Below are positions 26,119 through 39,925 of a stretch of 64,000 nt of DNA, piece after piece. The notes under the pieces are model-generated. The model made no database searches. It was not told the origin of the DNA and saw only the letters and a program-made list of their open reading frames with translations. The DNA is from Octopus vulgaris. Its lineage: Eukaryota. Every line of letters begins with the position of its first letter. Position 1 is the stretch's first letter. The translations under genes and the position numbers were made by a program. The stretch is from positions 151,652,001 through 151,716,000 of the forward strand of contig OX597816.1 in the NCBI GenBank assembly GCA_951406725.2. Reading direction: 5' to 3'.

Positions 26119-26266
26119 ATGTCTGACCTTAAAGAATTGTGGGAGGCTTTGAAAAAGGTTGATAGTAATTCTCTTTTGAAAAAACATTTAACACCAGCCA
26201 GGTATGAAAAACTGAAGAACAAGAAAACTAAATTCGGAGGCACTTTGGCAGATTGTATTCGTTCTG
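26119..26266 (+). CDS. AK: Arginine kinase, alternative first coding exon 1B
   Basis: MSDLKELWEALKKVDSNSLLKKHLTPARYEKLKNKKTKFGGTLADCIRS-G (148 nt). Donor CTG|GTAAGC, phase 1, at the homologous position to exon 1A. Confidence 0.92.
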
Positions 26267-29200
26267 GTAAGCTAAGAAAATGTTTAATAAATTGATATTA
26301 TATCATTTTTTCACATGCATTTAAGGTGTCTAGAATTTAATTAATGGGTTCTGAGAAGTTGTGACAGTTATTCTTTTACAATTGTCATTTTATATTTGTC
26401 ATTTAAATAAAATATAATTGAAATATTAAAAGGATATTCCTTCTTTCATAAGAAATATAGGTAATTTTACTGGTGTATCCGTTTTAAATAGCTCATTTAA
26501 ATGATACACTTATCTAACATCCAATCTACACACATTGAATGCTGTAAAAGTGATTTAAATAATGACATCTGCATTTGAATACACACATACATGTACATAC
26601 ATACCAAATTGACGTTAACCGTTGACCCTCAATAGATAATATACTCACTGTTTTGTGAAATAAAACTTAGCTAAACAGGAAATTCAGTATTGCTGATTGT
26701 CGCTATTAAATATTAAATTATTTCGACTTTTTCCTTCTCGCATAAAATTTATTTTATTTCATTCATCAAAGTGTTAATATAACACAGAAGAAATGAATCT
26801 TTCCGTTATTTCATTGTGAAACTATTTAGTGTCAGTTTCAACTATCAACGCTGTTCTTTGGCAGTCGGGGTGGTGGGCTAACAAGAGAGAAATCCTGCTA
26901 TCATCATGACACTAACGGTAGTCATTTATTTTTTTTACCGACAAACGTTCTTCTGTATAATCTGTGTACTTTCCTCACTAACAATATTTATCAACTGATT
27001 CACACTCAAATCTATTAGTAATGTGAATACATTTTAAAATCGATCCAAAATCTCTGCTTTCTTTCTCCAACAGCATTCCTCTCTCGTTTTCCATTCATTC
27101 TGCTATTAAAGGTTCTTGAACGCTGATAAATAGTTAAAATATTTCTCTCTCATCAATAGATCTAAACAATAGCTGCTAGTTTCCTGCTTCTGTCTCCTCT
27201 CTTTCGACTCGCATCCTTTTTCTCTCATCTCCTTCCTCACCTTAATTTTCCTCTGTTAAAACTGCTATTTTAATTCATTCTCTATGTCAGCCTGAAAGAT
27301 GATGACCTTAATTTTCAATCTGTCTGCCAGTCAAGATGACTATGATTTTTATCTTACTTCGACAAACTTATTTGCCATCCTCGTATTTTTTTTCTTCAGA
27401 ATATTCTTTGCCTATTGTTTATTTATATTATTATCCGACACATCTGGAAAATAAAAATCGCTATTATAAAAAGAGAGCAGCGGAATCGGTAATTTAACAC
27501 GGCTCTTTGTTTTGAGTTCAATTCCTACTTGACAATATTTCTCTGCGGGGTCGATCAAATTTCAATCTACTACTGGTCGATGATATCAACTTGCCCCTCA
27601 TCTCAAAACTGCTCTCTTTGTTCCTCAGTCAAAAACAATTATTATTATTGTTAAATCTCTTCAAGGTCAACTTAGCTTTTCGTCTGTATGGGGTCGATAA
27701 CTTAGTACTAAGGTCGATTTAATCGACTAATCACCACCCACCCCCGGAATTGGTGGCCTTACCCCTAATCAGAACTAATTATTGTTATAACTAAATCTCC
27801 GTGTAACGAAACTGATTTCACATTTAATGAGCATTTTACCCTATTTCGAAATTATTGATTTAAAAAAACAAATTCAACTGAAACATCTTGTATTTTTGTT
27901 GTGGGATTTACGTTCGGCGAATATACGCTGCCAAACGGATAATTTTATCTATAACGCTTTTATTGCTCATTAGTGACCTTTAAAAATTGCAATTTCGTGT
28001 ATGTTGGTAGATAGTAATATAACACATTCAAGTTGCATGGAGTGTTAGCTGGCAGTTGAAATGAGAAGTAGCTCTATCATGGAAGAAGTGTGGAGGTTGT
28101 GACTGTCGTTCTTTTCCTCATGACATAAGTTGTTTAGCACTAGGTCAGCCTTGATCGATTAAACCTTTGATCAAAAGCATTCCACTTACGAACATCCCAT
28201 TACCTTTCCAGTATGCAGGGAACTGAGGGTCATATCCATTGTGTGCTTTTCTTACATGATGGAGTGAGATTTGAGGTAAATTTGGCTGCCATTTTTAGCT
28301 CACGTAGCCTCCACATAGCGGCTATCTCGGAGTGAATAACATTAATGCAGCGAAATGGCGTCCAAACAGAATTGAAACCAGATCATTGGCTAGGCTCATG
28401 TTTTACCCATTTTATTTTTAGGTAATGTTTTGGGCATTTAAAAAAAAAAATCTGACTATGTTTCTTAGGTTTTAAGGACTCCTAGTCGTGATTTCAAACT
28501 GATTTGTTAACTGACCTTTAAATCAAATTTCAATTTAAAAGAAATACGTTTAAAATATATTTGTTTTGTTGAAAGTGATGTCCTATACTTAAATAGGACA
28601 TCACTTTCACTTTTGTTGTCACAGTCGAGTGATTAAGTGATGTCTTTAAGTGATGTCTTTAGTCTTTAGTTCTTAATACATTTCAGTGACCCATTGTTCA
28701 AAGTTTCAAATTTATCCTGTAAATGACGTGAAAATTAGCTTCCATTCTTTTGAATCCTACAAATCGATGTTTTTGACATAATTGAAAAAAAAAAAACAAT
28801 TCTTTTTTGCTCTCTGAATACTTATTAAATCAACGTGACCTAGATAATTTAACAAGATGCACAGAATTGCGAATATTCGGTAGGCATTTAGTTTTATCGC
28901 AAGTGTTCTCATCTTTTAACTTCCTCTCTTCTTTTTTTTTTTTTTTTTTTTTAGTATGTCGTCCTATTATTTTATGATCATTCTTGATAGTTGGTGACTG
29001 TTAAATCAGTGCAGCCTGACTGTTTCCAGTTTAAATTTAGTCTTGCTCAATATAAAAATCAGCTGAGATATGAAATGTGAATGATAGAAGGGAAGCTGTA
29101 TGAATAAGCCGGCAATCCTTCGTTTGATAGACGTAAAATGTCGGAAAACAAAAATAAAACCATACTAAAAATTGTCACTCTGTTAACCATTTTTCATTTC

Positions 29201-29472
29201 GGGGGAAAGATTTTCCATACTTTATTTTTGTGGAAATAAGACTAGTAAACTCTTGTCTGGTAAGAGTGAAATTTCCATGTTTTGACACGATATTTACTTT
29301 GGATGAAACTCCATGTCTCCTGATTTATTGTGTGTGATGTGTTTGTCAGCTTTTTTTCTCCAGGAACCAAACGTTAGCGATGCATGTCTTGATATTGAGA
29401 CAATCTGACAAAATTAAATTTATTTACTATGCGCATGAGAAAAGAAGAAAAAAATCACTACTATAATGTATA

Positions 29473-29797
29473 GGCGCAGGAGTGGCTGTGTGGTCAGTAG
29501 CTTGCTTACCACCCACATGGTTCCAGGTTCAGTGTCTTCTACTAGAGCCAACTGAGTGGAAGCTGACGGAAACTGAGAAGCCTGTCATATATATGTGTAT
29601 ATGTTTGCCCCCCCACCTCCAACATCGCTTGATAACCGATGCTGGTGTGTTTACGTCCCCGTAACTTAGCGGTTCGGCAAAAGAGACCGATAGAATAAGT
29701 ACTAGGCTTACAAAGAATAAGTCCGGGGTCGATTTGATTCGGCTAAAGGCGGTGCTCCAGCATGACCGCAGTTAAATGACTGAAACATGTAAGAGTA
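29473..29797 (+). mobile_element. tRNA-derived SINE family B (internal deletions)
   Basis: Head GGCGCAGGAGTGGCTGTGTGG..GGTTCAGT and shared tail GGCGGTGCTCCAGCATG.CCGCAGT.AAATGACTGAAAC. Confidence 0.85.
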
Positions 29798-32184
29798 TAA
29801 TGTATTTATTTTAATGGGTTTTAACTGACATTATGGCAGCTCAACTTATTTAATGAATAGCATTATACGTAAGTGAAACATTCGTTGTATTCAATATCTT
29901 AAAACGTGTGTGTGTGTGTTCTGGTAACTTTTTCCTGGGTTTTGTTTAAGTGGTCTCTTTAATTTGACTTTTCACTGCAACATACATAGTGACATAAGTT
30001 AAGAACATCACATTTGAGTACTTTCGTTTTTGTAATGGCGATTCATTGTCGACAGAACATTAATTTTACTTTTTAGGTGTAGGTCAGGTGTAGTTCTTGC
30101 CTGTAACTAAAGTCAAAGTGCTTCAGACAGTCCCAACGTAGTTCCAATTTTTTCTTTGTAGCCATTTTAATATGAGTGTGAACTTGATTGTTCACTTTCT
30201 TTTTAACTTTTCAACCTTAATGTGTTGCTTGATCGAACAGTTAACCAGCAGCGTTCCATCTGTAACCATGCCGTCAATTTCTTTTTCAAACTGCATTGTT
30301 ACTATTTATGTTTTTAAGGCGGCAGAGAGATGTCGACCGATCACATTGAGGCTCTGTCGTTGATTTAAGTTTTGTAAGAAAATTGAGTACCTGAATAAAA
30401 CAATAGGTTATTCAATAATGTAAAGAATTAACATTTTACTCTATATATCTGGAAAATATGAAAGGCTGATTCAATTTTTTAAAATTAATTACAACTGCAA
30501 ATTTTGTACATAAACGAAAATTGGATTGAGCACTACAGGCATTGATAGTTTTGGCTGAAAGAAACTAATGTTTTCATTATTGAGGACATTACTTCCATTG
30601 TCTTTGCATGGGTTTTCTGCAATAAAGGCAATTTATTCTTATTTAATTTTCTTTTAACTTCATCCTTGGTGAAATTTGCCTTTTCGTAGCTTTATTGTCG
30701 GGAAAATTATGTACCAATTCACATAAACGTCTTTTAAACAAACCAATTAGTTTTAAAATGCAGAATAGTGAACGAAACATTGTCTATTTCAAACATCGTG
30801 GGATTTTCTCGTTTTATAGATAGTCGGTTCTGCGGATAATCTGGCAAATAAAGCCGAACATGTCTAATGTCCATAAGATAAATGCTTTAAATAGGGAAAA
30901 TTGGGTGGGCTTTCAGTTGATCACAAAGTGAAGCATCAAGTAAAAGATCGTGGTTTTCAATTCGTTTGTCGGCACCTTGGACAACTGTCTTTTTGCTGTA
31001 TCCTGGACTTTCGAGTGAGTGGATTTGATAGACGGAAACAGTAGAAACCTTGGATGTACTTTCACTTTATGATCTTCAAACGAATGATCGCCAACAATTG
31101 AATAGAAATAACTCCTCTTCCTCACATTTTCCAAACGATTTGTTTGTACTAGCTTTCTTGGTCTTTAGACTTTGTGATGGATAGTGGAAATATAAAGCTG
31201 TGGTTGAATTCCAGGTTAGTATTTTATGGTTGGAAAAATTGAAATGAATTAACTACAGAAGTGGGGATGCAATATGTTGAACATTTAATTTATATTATAG
31301 AGTGCTTAGGAGAATTAATGTAAATTAGTAATCATCCAGGAGTTTTTGTTTACAATGTGTAGAATCCCTAGTAAACAGCCAAACAATGGGTCAATCTCCT
31401 AATTGTGTAACTTGAACCTTGTTTTTAAATTGTAACTATTTTGTCACTAACCTCTTGGGAACGACATTTTATAATCATCTCATTTGGCGTGGGGGGTGTC
31501 TCTACAAGTATATAAACACACGTTTATATACTTTGCATTGCGATCCTAATTCATATTACGGCTATAGTTAACTCGATGAAATACGGAAACCAGAATATAC
31601 TGTCAATGATAGATATTTTATATACTATTGACTGTACCAGATTATTCTGGAATAAGCGATGACGAGTGGTTTTTAGCGAAAGCGCAATCAAAATTAGTCT
31701 AAAATGTTTCTTTTGAAAAATTCAAGCCGTAAAAGTACAGACCTTTGGGTTTTTTTTTCTTTTGTAATTAGTTTGATTTTCTTATCATAGCTCATAATTT
31801 CGGGCCTTTTTTTTCCCTCTGGTTTTCTGTCTGCGTTACGGTAGAATGAAAAATCGCCTCTTATCTATTATTAAAATATTCATAGGATGTTTGTATTGCC
31901 AATTTTGTTATAGTATTATTTTCCTGTTGATATTCCCGATGTTTCCTTGAATAGTGATGTCATAAGATGCATCGTTTATATCTTTACATAGGTAATTTTT
32001 TAGTACTCTATTGAACTCTCATATTTCTTGTAGATTTACTTTCGAATTGAGACTAAGAATTTGAAGTTTGCTATATAAATTGCCAATACACTTTTGTACT
32101 AGGTGTTCAAATTCATGCTTGAGCAAACTTTACAGATATATTTTTCCGTATAAATTCTTGACCATATTTTTCTTAATTTTCTAG

Positions 32185-32444
32185 GTTGCAAAAACCCTGA
32201 CAGTGGTGTAGGTATCTACGCTAGTGATCCTGATGCATACACTGTATTTGCTGAAGTCCTTGATGCCGTTATCATGGACTACCATAAAATTGATAAAGTC
32301 ACCCACCCAGTTCCAGACTTCGGTGATGTCAATAACTTGAACATCGGTGATCTTGATCCATCTGGTAACTTGATTGTATCTACACGTGTCCGCGTAGGCA
32401 GGAGCCACGATAGTTTTGGCTTCCCACCAGTTCTTAAGAAAGAG
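32185..32444 (+). CDS. AK: Arginine kinase exon 2
   Basis: Acceptor TTTTCTAG|GT; (G)CKNPDSGVGIYASDPDAYTVFAEVLDAVIMDYHK...IVSTRVRVGRSHDSFGFPPVLKKE; contains the guanidino-specificity loop DSGVGIY; phase-0 donor. Confidence 0.96.
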
Positions 32445-32856
32445 GTATATTGCTTTACACTTATCTAAAATAGAGCATTATTATCTTGGTAGCTAATATT
32501 TAGTAATTTGAAGGTATTCAAACTTTTAATGAAAGAGTGTAATGTTTAAATGACTTTTTGCCATGTTAAGATCCATATATAATAATGCTTGCTTTATTAA
32601 AAATATTTTCTTGGGTTGCACTTAGTGTCTGCAATTAAGAAAAATTTTTGTTCTAAAATTGTACAAACTCAAGATTGGGATTAGATAATTTTCATTCAGG
32701 AATTGAATATTAGCTGAATATTTGTCTAGATGAACTCTTCACTTCATCAGTGTTTATCTTGTAAAAAGTAAATTTATTGATATTTTAAAGTTGTTTCTTG
32801 TAGATCTCTTTTAAATCCTTAGAATTTTATTATTTAAATGATTTTATTTTCAATAG

Positions 32857-33005
32857 GATCGTGTTAAAATGGAACAAGTATCCGTTGAGGCTTTGAAATC
32901 CCTTGATGGTGAATTGGCTGGTAGCTATTACCCCCTCAGCAACATGACTCCTGAAGTTCAGAAGCAACTGACTGATGATCATTTCCTCTTTAACGACTCT
33001 GACAG
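32857..33005 (+). CDS. AK: Arginine kinase exon 3
   Basis: DRVKMEQVSVEALKSLDGELAGSYYPLSNMTPEVQKQLTDDHFLFNDSD(R); AG/GT boundaries, phases 0 and 2. Confidence 0.96.
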
Positions 33006-33208
33006 GTTAGTTAAAGTTGTGATTGCGCTATTCAGTTGGGGATTTCATCATTTTAAAAATTCTACTTTAATTGTGCCTTAATTACTGCTATTCCTCCTCT
33101 TGTCATATGTGACTCCAATAACTTAGAGGGAAAGATTAGAATATTTTTGGTCTGCTGATATTGAAGACATATTCACTTTGCTGTGTACATTTTGCAATTT
33201 GTAAATAA

Positions 33209-33603
33209 GGCGCAGTCATGGCTGTGTGGTAAAGTAGCTTGCTAACCAACCACATGGTTCCGGGTTCAGTCCCACTGCGTGGCATCTTGGGCAAGTGTCT
33301 TCTGCTATAGCCCTGGGCCAACCAATGCCTTGTGAGTGGATTTGGTAGATGGAAACTGAAAGAAGCCTGTCGTGTATATATATATATATATGTATGTGTG
33401 TTTGTGTGTCTGTGTTTGTCCCCCTAGCATTGCTTGACAACCGATGCTGGTGTGTTTACGTCCCTGTCACTTAGCGGTTCGGCAAAAGAGACCGATAGAA
33501 TAAGTACAGGGCTTACAAAGAATAAGTCCCGGGGTCGATTTGCTTGACTAAAGGCGGTGCTCCAGCATGGCCGCAGTCAAATGACTGAAACGAGTAAGAG
33601 TAA
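33209..33603 (+). mobile_element. tRNA-derived SINE family B, full length
   Basis: A-box-like TGGCTGTGTGG, B-box-like GGTTCAGTCCC, CTTGGGCAAGT core, central (TA)/(TG) tract and conserved tail. Confidence 0.9.
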
Positions 33604-35109
33604 AGTGTTGCAGATCACAGGTTGACAATTAGTTGATAACTGGTACAGTTTCTTACACCAAGTGACAATGGAGTCTGTGTGGAACAAAATCTCATTAGAC
33701 CTCATCGGTGAAGGATAAAAATATTAGCAAGGAAAGCAGATTACTAGTCATGGGTATTCTGCTTTCTTTGCTGATATATCCTTCATTGAGATAAACAATA
33801 TACACTGTGTTTGACTGACTTCCACATAGTTTCTAAACTTTCTCATGAAATGTATTGGTCACCTTTATAACTTTGATAGAAGATGCTCAAATTATGCAAT
33901 TGGTTCAACCCAAAACCTTGTGATTGCAAAGTGAACTTCTTAACCACACAACTATACATTGCATCCGATGGAAATGGAACTCTATAATGTCTTTTAAATA
34001 CAAAAAGACAAGATGTTTACATTTGTCTATATGTAGTGTTAGCTCAAATCATCGTTTAATAGCTGTTTTCCATGCCAGCATGTGTACAGACAGATGTAAA
34101 CACTGTCTTTTGATATATTCTGCAGTGTAGCATTGAAACAAATTGACTGATGCACCAGTAATTTATTTATCAAACTAGATGAAAATACATAATATGCCAA
34201 TTAGTCTGATTTGCTTTTTAGCCTTTAATAATAATGGACTTGTTGGCAGTTTTCTGGGAACAGTTGAAGAGGGGGCTCAGTCACTGAAATCCAAATTGGA
34301 TTGAAACTGCTCTGATTAATCCCTCAAAGTTTGTACACCAAGATATTTAGTGTTTACATCTGTCTATACATTGCATATTGTCAAAAACTCTTTAGATATA
34401 TTCTAAGGTACGGTGTAGCGTAATTGGAAGGAGTTACATAAAACTCCCTGCTCTTCAGCGTAAAATAACTTTCAATAGCATATAATTTCTAATGAATATT
34501 TTGATACTCGTTGCAAGTAAGGATGGTCCTCATCATTAGCAAATGAAATATTTATGAGCTAATTACTTTCGATATGACTGAGAGATGAATGTGTTATCAG
34601 ACTATTTAACATGTTGGGTAAATATGTGTTTTATGTATAAATAAAATGTCTAAAGGAGCTATGGCTTGTGTCCTTGTTTTAGTTTTTTTCAAATTCTGGG
34701 TTATATATCGCTGGGGGAGATTGAGTAAAAATCGCAAAGAAAAGAACAGTGGGATGTACTGTAAGGGAGGAAAACAAAAAACCCAGTATGTTAATAATAT
34801 TAAGTTCATAGGTACAAGGATTTGAAGGGCTAAGATTGCACAACTATCTTTTGGAAATTTTTTTATTTCTGAAAGTGAAATAAGTAGATGAGTGTATGTA
34901 TGCTTATAAATGTATTTACTTCAAGTTTTTGTTTGTTTAATTAAAACTGTACGTGGTTTTGATAAAACATTTTGTTTCTGTTGGACAAGAATTATGAATA
35001 TCAAGAAACCTACATTGCTGCTTTGAATTCTTTTATTCTTCTTGCTTGTAATCTAGGCATGTACAACCACCTTATATACCATTGCAACTGATCCATTATT
35101 ACATTTCAG

Positions 35110-35275
35110 ATTCTTGAAGGCAGCTAGTGGTTATGATGACTGGCCTACTGGCAGAGGCATCTACTTCAGTGCCAATAAGACCTTTTTGTGTTGGGTCAAT
35201 GAGGAAGATCATCTCAGGTTGATTTCCATGCAGAAGGGTGGTAACTTGGGTGAAGTCTACAAGAGATTGGTCAAT
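35110..35275 (+). CDS. AK: Arginine kinase exon 4
   Basis: [55 protein letters not shown] with the catalytic NEEDH motif; phases 2 and 0. This exon is missing from the supplied ORF track. Confidence 0.97.
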
Positions 35276-37012
35276 GTAAGTATCTGAATTAGAATTCTCC
35301 ACTTTCTATACATATAAAAGTTTTCTTTGCTTGTGATTTCCACAAGATGAAACTGTTTATCAGGAGAGGATTTGACTGCTTTGGGTTAGGGAATATTTTT
35401 TAAAACTTGCATTTGTTGAGCATAGTTTAATGGTAGATTCAATATTGGTCAGAGTTAAATGTTTAGATCTCAATTTTCCATAATCTAACAAATGATTCTT
35501 ACAATTTAATATAACTCAATTCTTAGCAGCTGTTCCAGTCTTTTCATGCTAATAGTTAGATCTTGATTTCAATATTTTCCTACTATTCAGAACATGTTGT
35601 TTGTTAAAGTTAAATAGATTGTCTATAGTTCTGTTGCTTTTTGTATCTTGTCGAAACTAACTTTATTTTGGTGTTTGTGAAACCCTCCTTTCATAATTTA
35701 ATTTAAATCACTTACTTCAAGCTTTTAAAAAAATTTTTTTATGGCTAATGATTTGTAATTACCGGTAATTTTATCGGTCATCTTTGTCATGCTCGTATCA
35801 TTTATAAGGATTACATTTGATGGGTGATAGTCTAAGTTACACCAAACCTAAAAAAGCTTATTCATAGCTGGAATGCATCTGTTCATAGGACTAATTAGAG
35901 AGTAGACATTTAGTGCTCTTAATGTTTAAAAATTACCCTATGGAATTAAAACTTCATTTTGTTTGTATGGATTCATTTTACAAATTCTAAACTATTATCT
36001 AAAGCTGATATCTCTTGGTTCCATTAGCTTCTGATTCTCTTCATCCCATTTCTAGTAACACTTATGAAGACTTAGTTCCTCTTTCATACTTTCCACTTCA
36101 AGCTTGCTGCTTAGTTTTTTTGTTTTTTTTTTTTTTTAAATATATGTTTCAATATTCCATTATCATGCATCATTCTTGGTTGAGGTCCTGCTACAATGGC
36201 CTTTTGACAAATTTTCAGTTGTCCTCCACAATATGGTAAAGTTTTACTAATTAAAAGTGAGGATTTCATACCAACTCTCTCTCTCTAATGGTAATTTTAA
36301 TTCTACTCTTCTAGTTCTCAGTATACACTACCCACTAATTTGTTAAATAATTCTATGAAACTTAGAAAAATTCATTTAATTAGTCTCATAAACTTTCTGT
36401 TAAGGAATATACAATTTAACTGCTTCATTTAACTGCCATTTACTTTTAAAGATATGAATATGCTGAAATAACATATCAAAGTAAATTTAAGTATTTAGAA
36501 TTTGAATAGTTATTTATTTTTTAATCCTTTAAAAAAAATTTTTTTATACTTTCTCAATCACTTTATAAACATTGCCAAGAGGTGGTTCATAAAAGAAGAC
36601 TAAGTTTATACAATATAGTAGTATCTGTTAAAACTTTGTTTAGCCTCAGGCCAGCCTGAAAAGTATTCCAGCTATGATCATACTGTTGTATAGTGTGTCC
36701 CTGCTTCTTGATGTATATTTAGTTGCTTTTAACATGGTAAAGTAGAGGTCCCCTCAACTTATATTGGTTAGGTTTTAGATTCTGGATGGTTTAAAACAAA
36801 AAAAGACCAGTGGTTTCTTCATTTACTGTCTTGAAGAGTATTCCCTAATCTTAAATTGAGATTTCTTTCAAGATAAGTTTCTGTGACCTCCCATTCATAT
36901 GAATAATCAGATCTTTCGAACCAATTAACTTAAAACTTAAGTAAAACAGAATTCTTTTTAATTGCATATTTTTATGTCCATGTTTTATATTTAATCAATC
37001 CTCTCTTTCAAG

Positions 37013-37193
37013 GCTATCCATCAAATGGAGAAGAAACTGAAGTTTGCAAAGAAAGACAACATGGGTTACTTGACATTCTGCCCAAGCAACTTGGGTACCA
37101 CCATGAGAGCTAGTGTGCATATTAAGATCCCTAAGCTTTCTCAGAGAGCAGACTTCAAAAGTATCTGCGACAAATACAACCTCCAGGCCAGAG
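37013..37193 (+). CDS. AK: Arginine kinase exon 5
   Basis: AIHQMEKKLKFAKKDNMGYLTFCPSNLGTTMRASVHIKIPKL...YNLQAR(G) with the active-site CPSNLGT signature; phases 0 and 1. Confidence 0.97.
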
Positions 37194-37303
37194 GTAAAAG
37201 ATTTTTCCTTCTTGCATTTTTTGAAATTTATTGAGATAGAAAAATTTTTAGAACCTTTTAATTTTAAATATTTAATATTTATTAATTTTTATTTCAATTT
37301 TAG

Positions 37304-37446
37304 GTATCCATGGTGAACATACAGAAAGTGTTGGCGGTGTCTATGATATCTCTAATAAACGCCGTATGGGTCTCACAGAGTATGAGGCTGTCACTGAAAT
37401 GATGAGGGGTGTCAATGAGATCATTCGTGAGGAAACCAGCAGTTAA
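37304..37446 (+). CDS. AK: Arginine kinase exon 6 (terminal)
   Basis: (G)[46 protein letters not shown]-stop. Spliced CDS is 1050 nt with exon 1A or 1047 nt with exon 1B, without frameshift. Confidence 0.97.
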
Positions 37447-37463
37447 ATTTTTTTCAATTGTAA

Positions 37464-37612
37464 AATAAAAATGTATCCGGGATTAGATAACAAGATAAGT
37501 CTACTATGTTAGAAGTTCTGTTTGAAAAATCTCAGATACCAACTTTTAGACTGTAAAAGGCTTTTGCCATGCAGGTGAAAATAAAAACCTTAAACCTTTT
37601 TGTGTTTTAGTG
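37464..37612 (+). terminator. Candidate polyadenylation signals of arginine kinase
   Basis: AATAAA at 37464-37469 and 37580-37585; the second is followed by a GT-rich element TTTTTGTGTTTTAGTG. Confidence 0.6.
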
Positions 37613-39634
37613 ATGTTAATGATTTTACAAATGAACAAACTACATCTTTGGTTAAAGACAGGAACAGTTTTCATAATACTTCGTTTTTCTTATTAGATCA
37701 GTTGATCTATTTAGATGGGTGTTTACTATAACGGAAAATTTCCATCGTATCTGAATTGAAAAAGTACCAAATTGCCTAAGAGGAATTTTTTTTAAGTTAG
37801 TTGCTCACATGGAATGAGACCATCTAAGATAAAGAAACTACACATTTGACTTGGGATTGGATTTTATCCACTTTTTTTGCTTAAAAATCTCAACAACTCC
37901 AGTCTTTTGAGATATTTAACTGCTACTGTCTGTTCTGTAGTTAGTTTCAAAATACACCAAAAAATTTAACTTAAATTCTAAAGTTGTCCAGTTGCAAAAT
38001 TTGACAATGTTTCACTTCTAGTCACTTAAATCAACCAAATCAACTTTGCTTTTTTTTCTTTTTCTCAAAAACTCTGTACAAGGGAGATAATTTCATTGTT
38101 GGAGACTTGCATAAAAATATTGAAGCATTTGCTAGTCCTCAGTCAAGCTGTCCAACCAATGCCAGCCCAGCATGGAAAGCAGACGTTAAATGATAGTGTA
38201 CATGAGATCCAGATGTGACCAAATAGTTCATTATTTCTTTTGCAGTGTATGTGCCTTTTATTCACTTGTTATAAGTATATATTGGAATGGAAGGTTTATG
38301 ATACCTGTATAGTAATTCCTTCTCCCATTATAAATATTTTTGTAGTTTCAAGGAGCTGGAATGGGTCGCCAATTTGTAACATCTGTGCGAAACAAGGAGA
38401 GAATTGCTCCTTAGTACATCACATGGTCGATATAATAAATATAAATAGAATAATGCATATATGTGCCAGAGGAGAAAAGAAACACAAACAGGTAGAATGT
38501 TTGAGAAGATTTATTGATATGTTAACATGTGTGTCATATATACAGAATAAGACAAGCTGTCATAAGAATAAGATGTATACATGTGCATGTAGGCATAGCT
38601 GTATGCGTGTTAAAAACATATAAGGATGATGATGAAGAGACAGTGAAAGTCTATAGCCATCGAAGTGAGGAGTAAGTTCATAGACACAAAAATGATAAAT
38701 ACCAGTTTGTTGTCAATTGTACATGATAGTTGAAATACTGTATCAAGAAGTTGCAACGATGATGCAGTCAGATACGGCATGTGAAGTTGACTGTGATGCT
38801 GCTGCCTGGGTCACTTGGTACAGTTCTCGCAGGTTGTATATTTGCTGTTGATCTATGGTGAAGTAATTCGTGAACAGTGCAGTGTTGTAACCAGGATGAG
38901 TTGTATGTAGAGAGATGTTGACGTTAGGACATTGGTGGAGATGGAGGTTATTGAATACTGTTGGACAAAGTTGGTGATTCTCCACGTGGCTGCTGTTGTG
39001 TTGCTGGAACTGGCTGTGTCCTGTGTGGTCAGTGGCTAGACCTTACTAGGTGTGGAACCAAAAGGCATCAAGATGAGAAGCTGGGTTTTTATAAGAAGTT
39101 ATAGGCTCAAAACTGAGTTGAGAACAGGCTGTCACACGTGACCCTATTTTGGGGCTTCAATTGGTTATACATTTCGTATTGGTGCAATAGAGTAAGAGAC
39201 AAATTGCGCCAATACCAACCAATCATAGTGGACACAATGGGGTCCAAAATGTGGCCAAAGGCTAGCTGTTATCTATTACGCTCGTATATATATATATATA
39301 ATAGAGGAATTTCACTTGAGTGTACGCTACAAGTATTATAGTATAAATACCTCAATTTAAAAAAAAAAACTCATTTATGTAAAGCTTGAAGTTCATCAGT
39401 ATGCATTTGCAAAATTTCAGGCTTGTGAAGTTATCACACTGTAACTGACATCTCTCATTTTTAGCTAAGTGGATTGTGACAATGGGAAATGTCTGTCCAT
39501 GTATCCATTGTGCCACCTGGTGTAGGAATCAAACTGTATAATTGAGAATTCAAAACAATTTAACCATTCAACCCACATGCTTTTACTGACCAGTCTTAGG
39601 ACCTATCATTTGTAGAGTAAATATGCCAACTTAG

Positions 39635-39925
39635 TGACATAAGATGTACCCAGTGTAAGCTATGGACGTATAAGAGGTGCAGCAACATCAAAGGAAAATT
39701 AACCGAGAAGATAGCTTTCATGTGTGGCAGATGCTCACGGACAATAGACACCACAGATACTCAGAAAACAGATTCCATCACACTCCAGGGGAAGAAACTA
39801 GAAGTAGTTGATAGTTTCCGCTACCTAGGTGACCAAGTTAGTAATGGAGGTGGATGCTCAGTGTCACCACTAGAATATGAATAGCCTGGGCAAAGTTTAG
39901 AAAGTTTCTACCCCTATTGGTGCCA
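39635..39925 (+). mobile_element. RTE-clade LINE ORF fragment
   Basis: C..CKLWTYKRCSNIKGKL...FMCGRC...KLEVVDSFRYLGDQV..GGG..AWAKFR, with decay. Confidence 0.8.

Noticed and set aside
33209-33290. tRNA gene
   Set aside because: The A/B-box-like sequence is the head of a multi-copy SINE, with no full cloverleaf or terminator.
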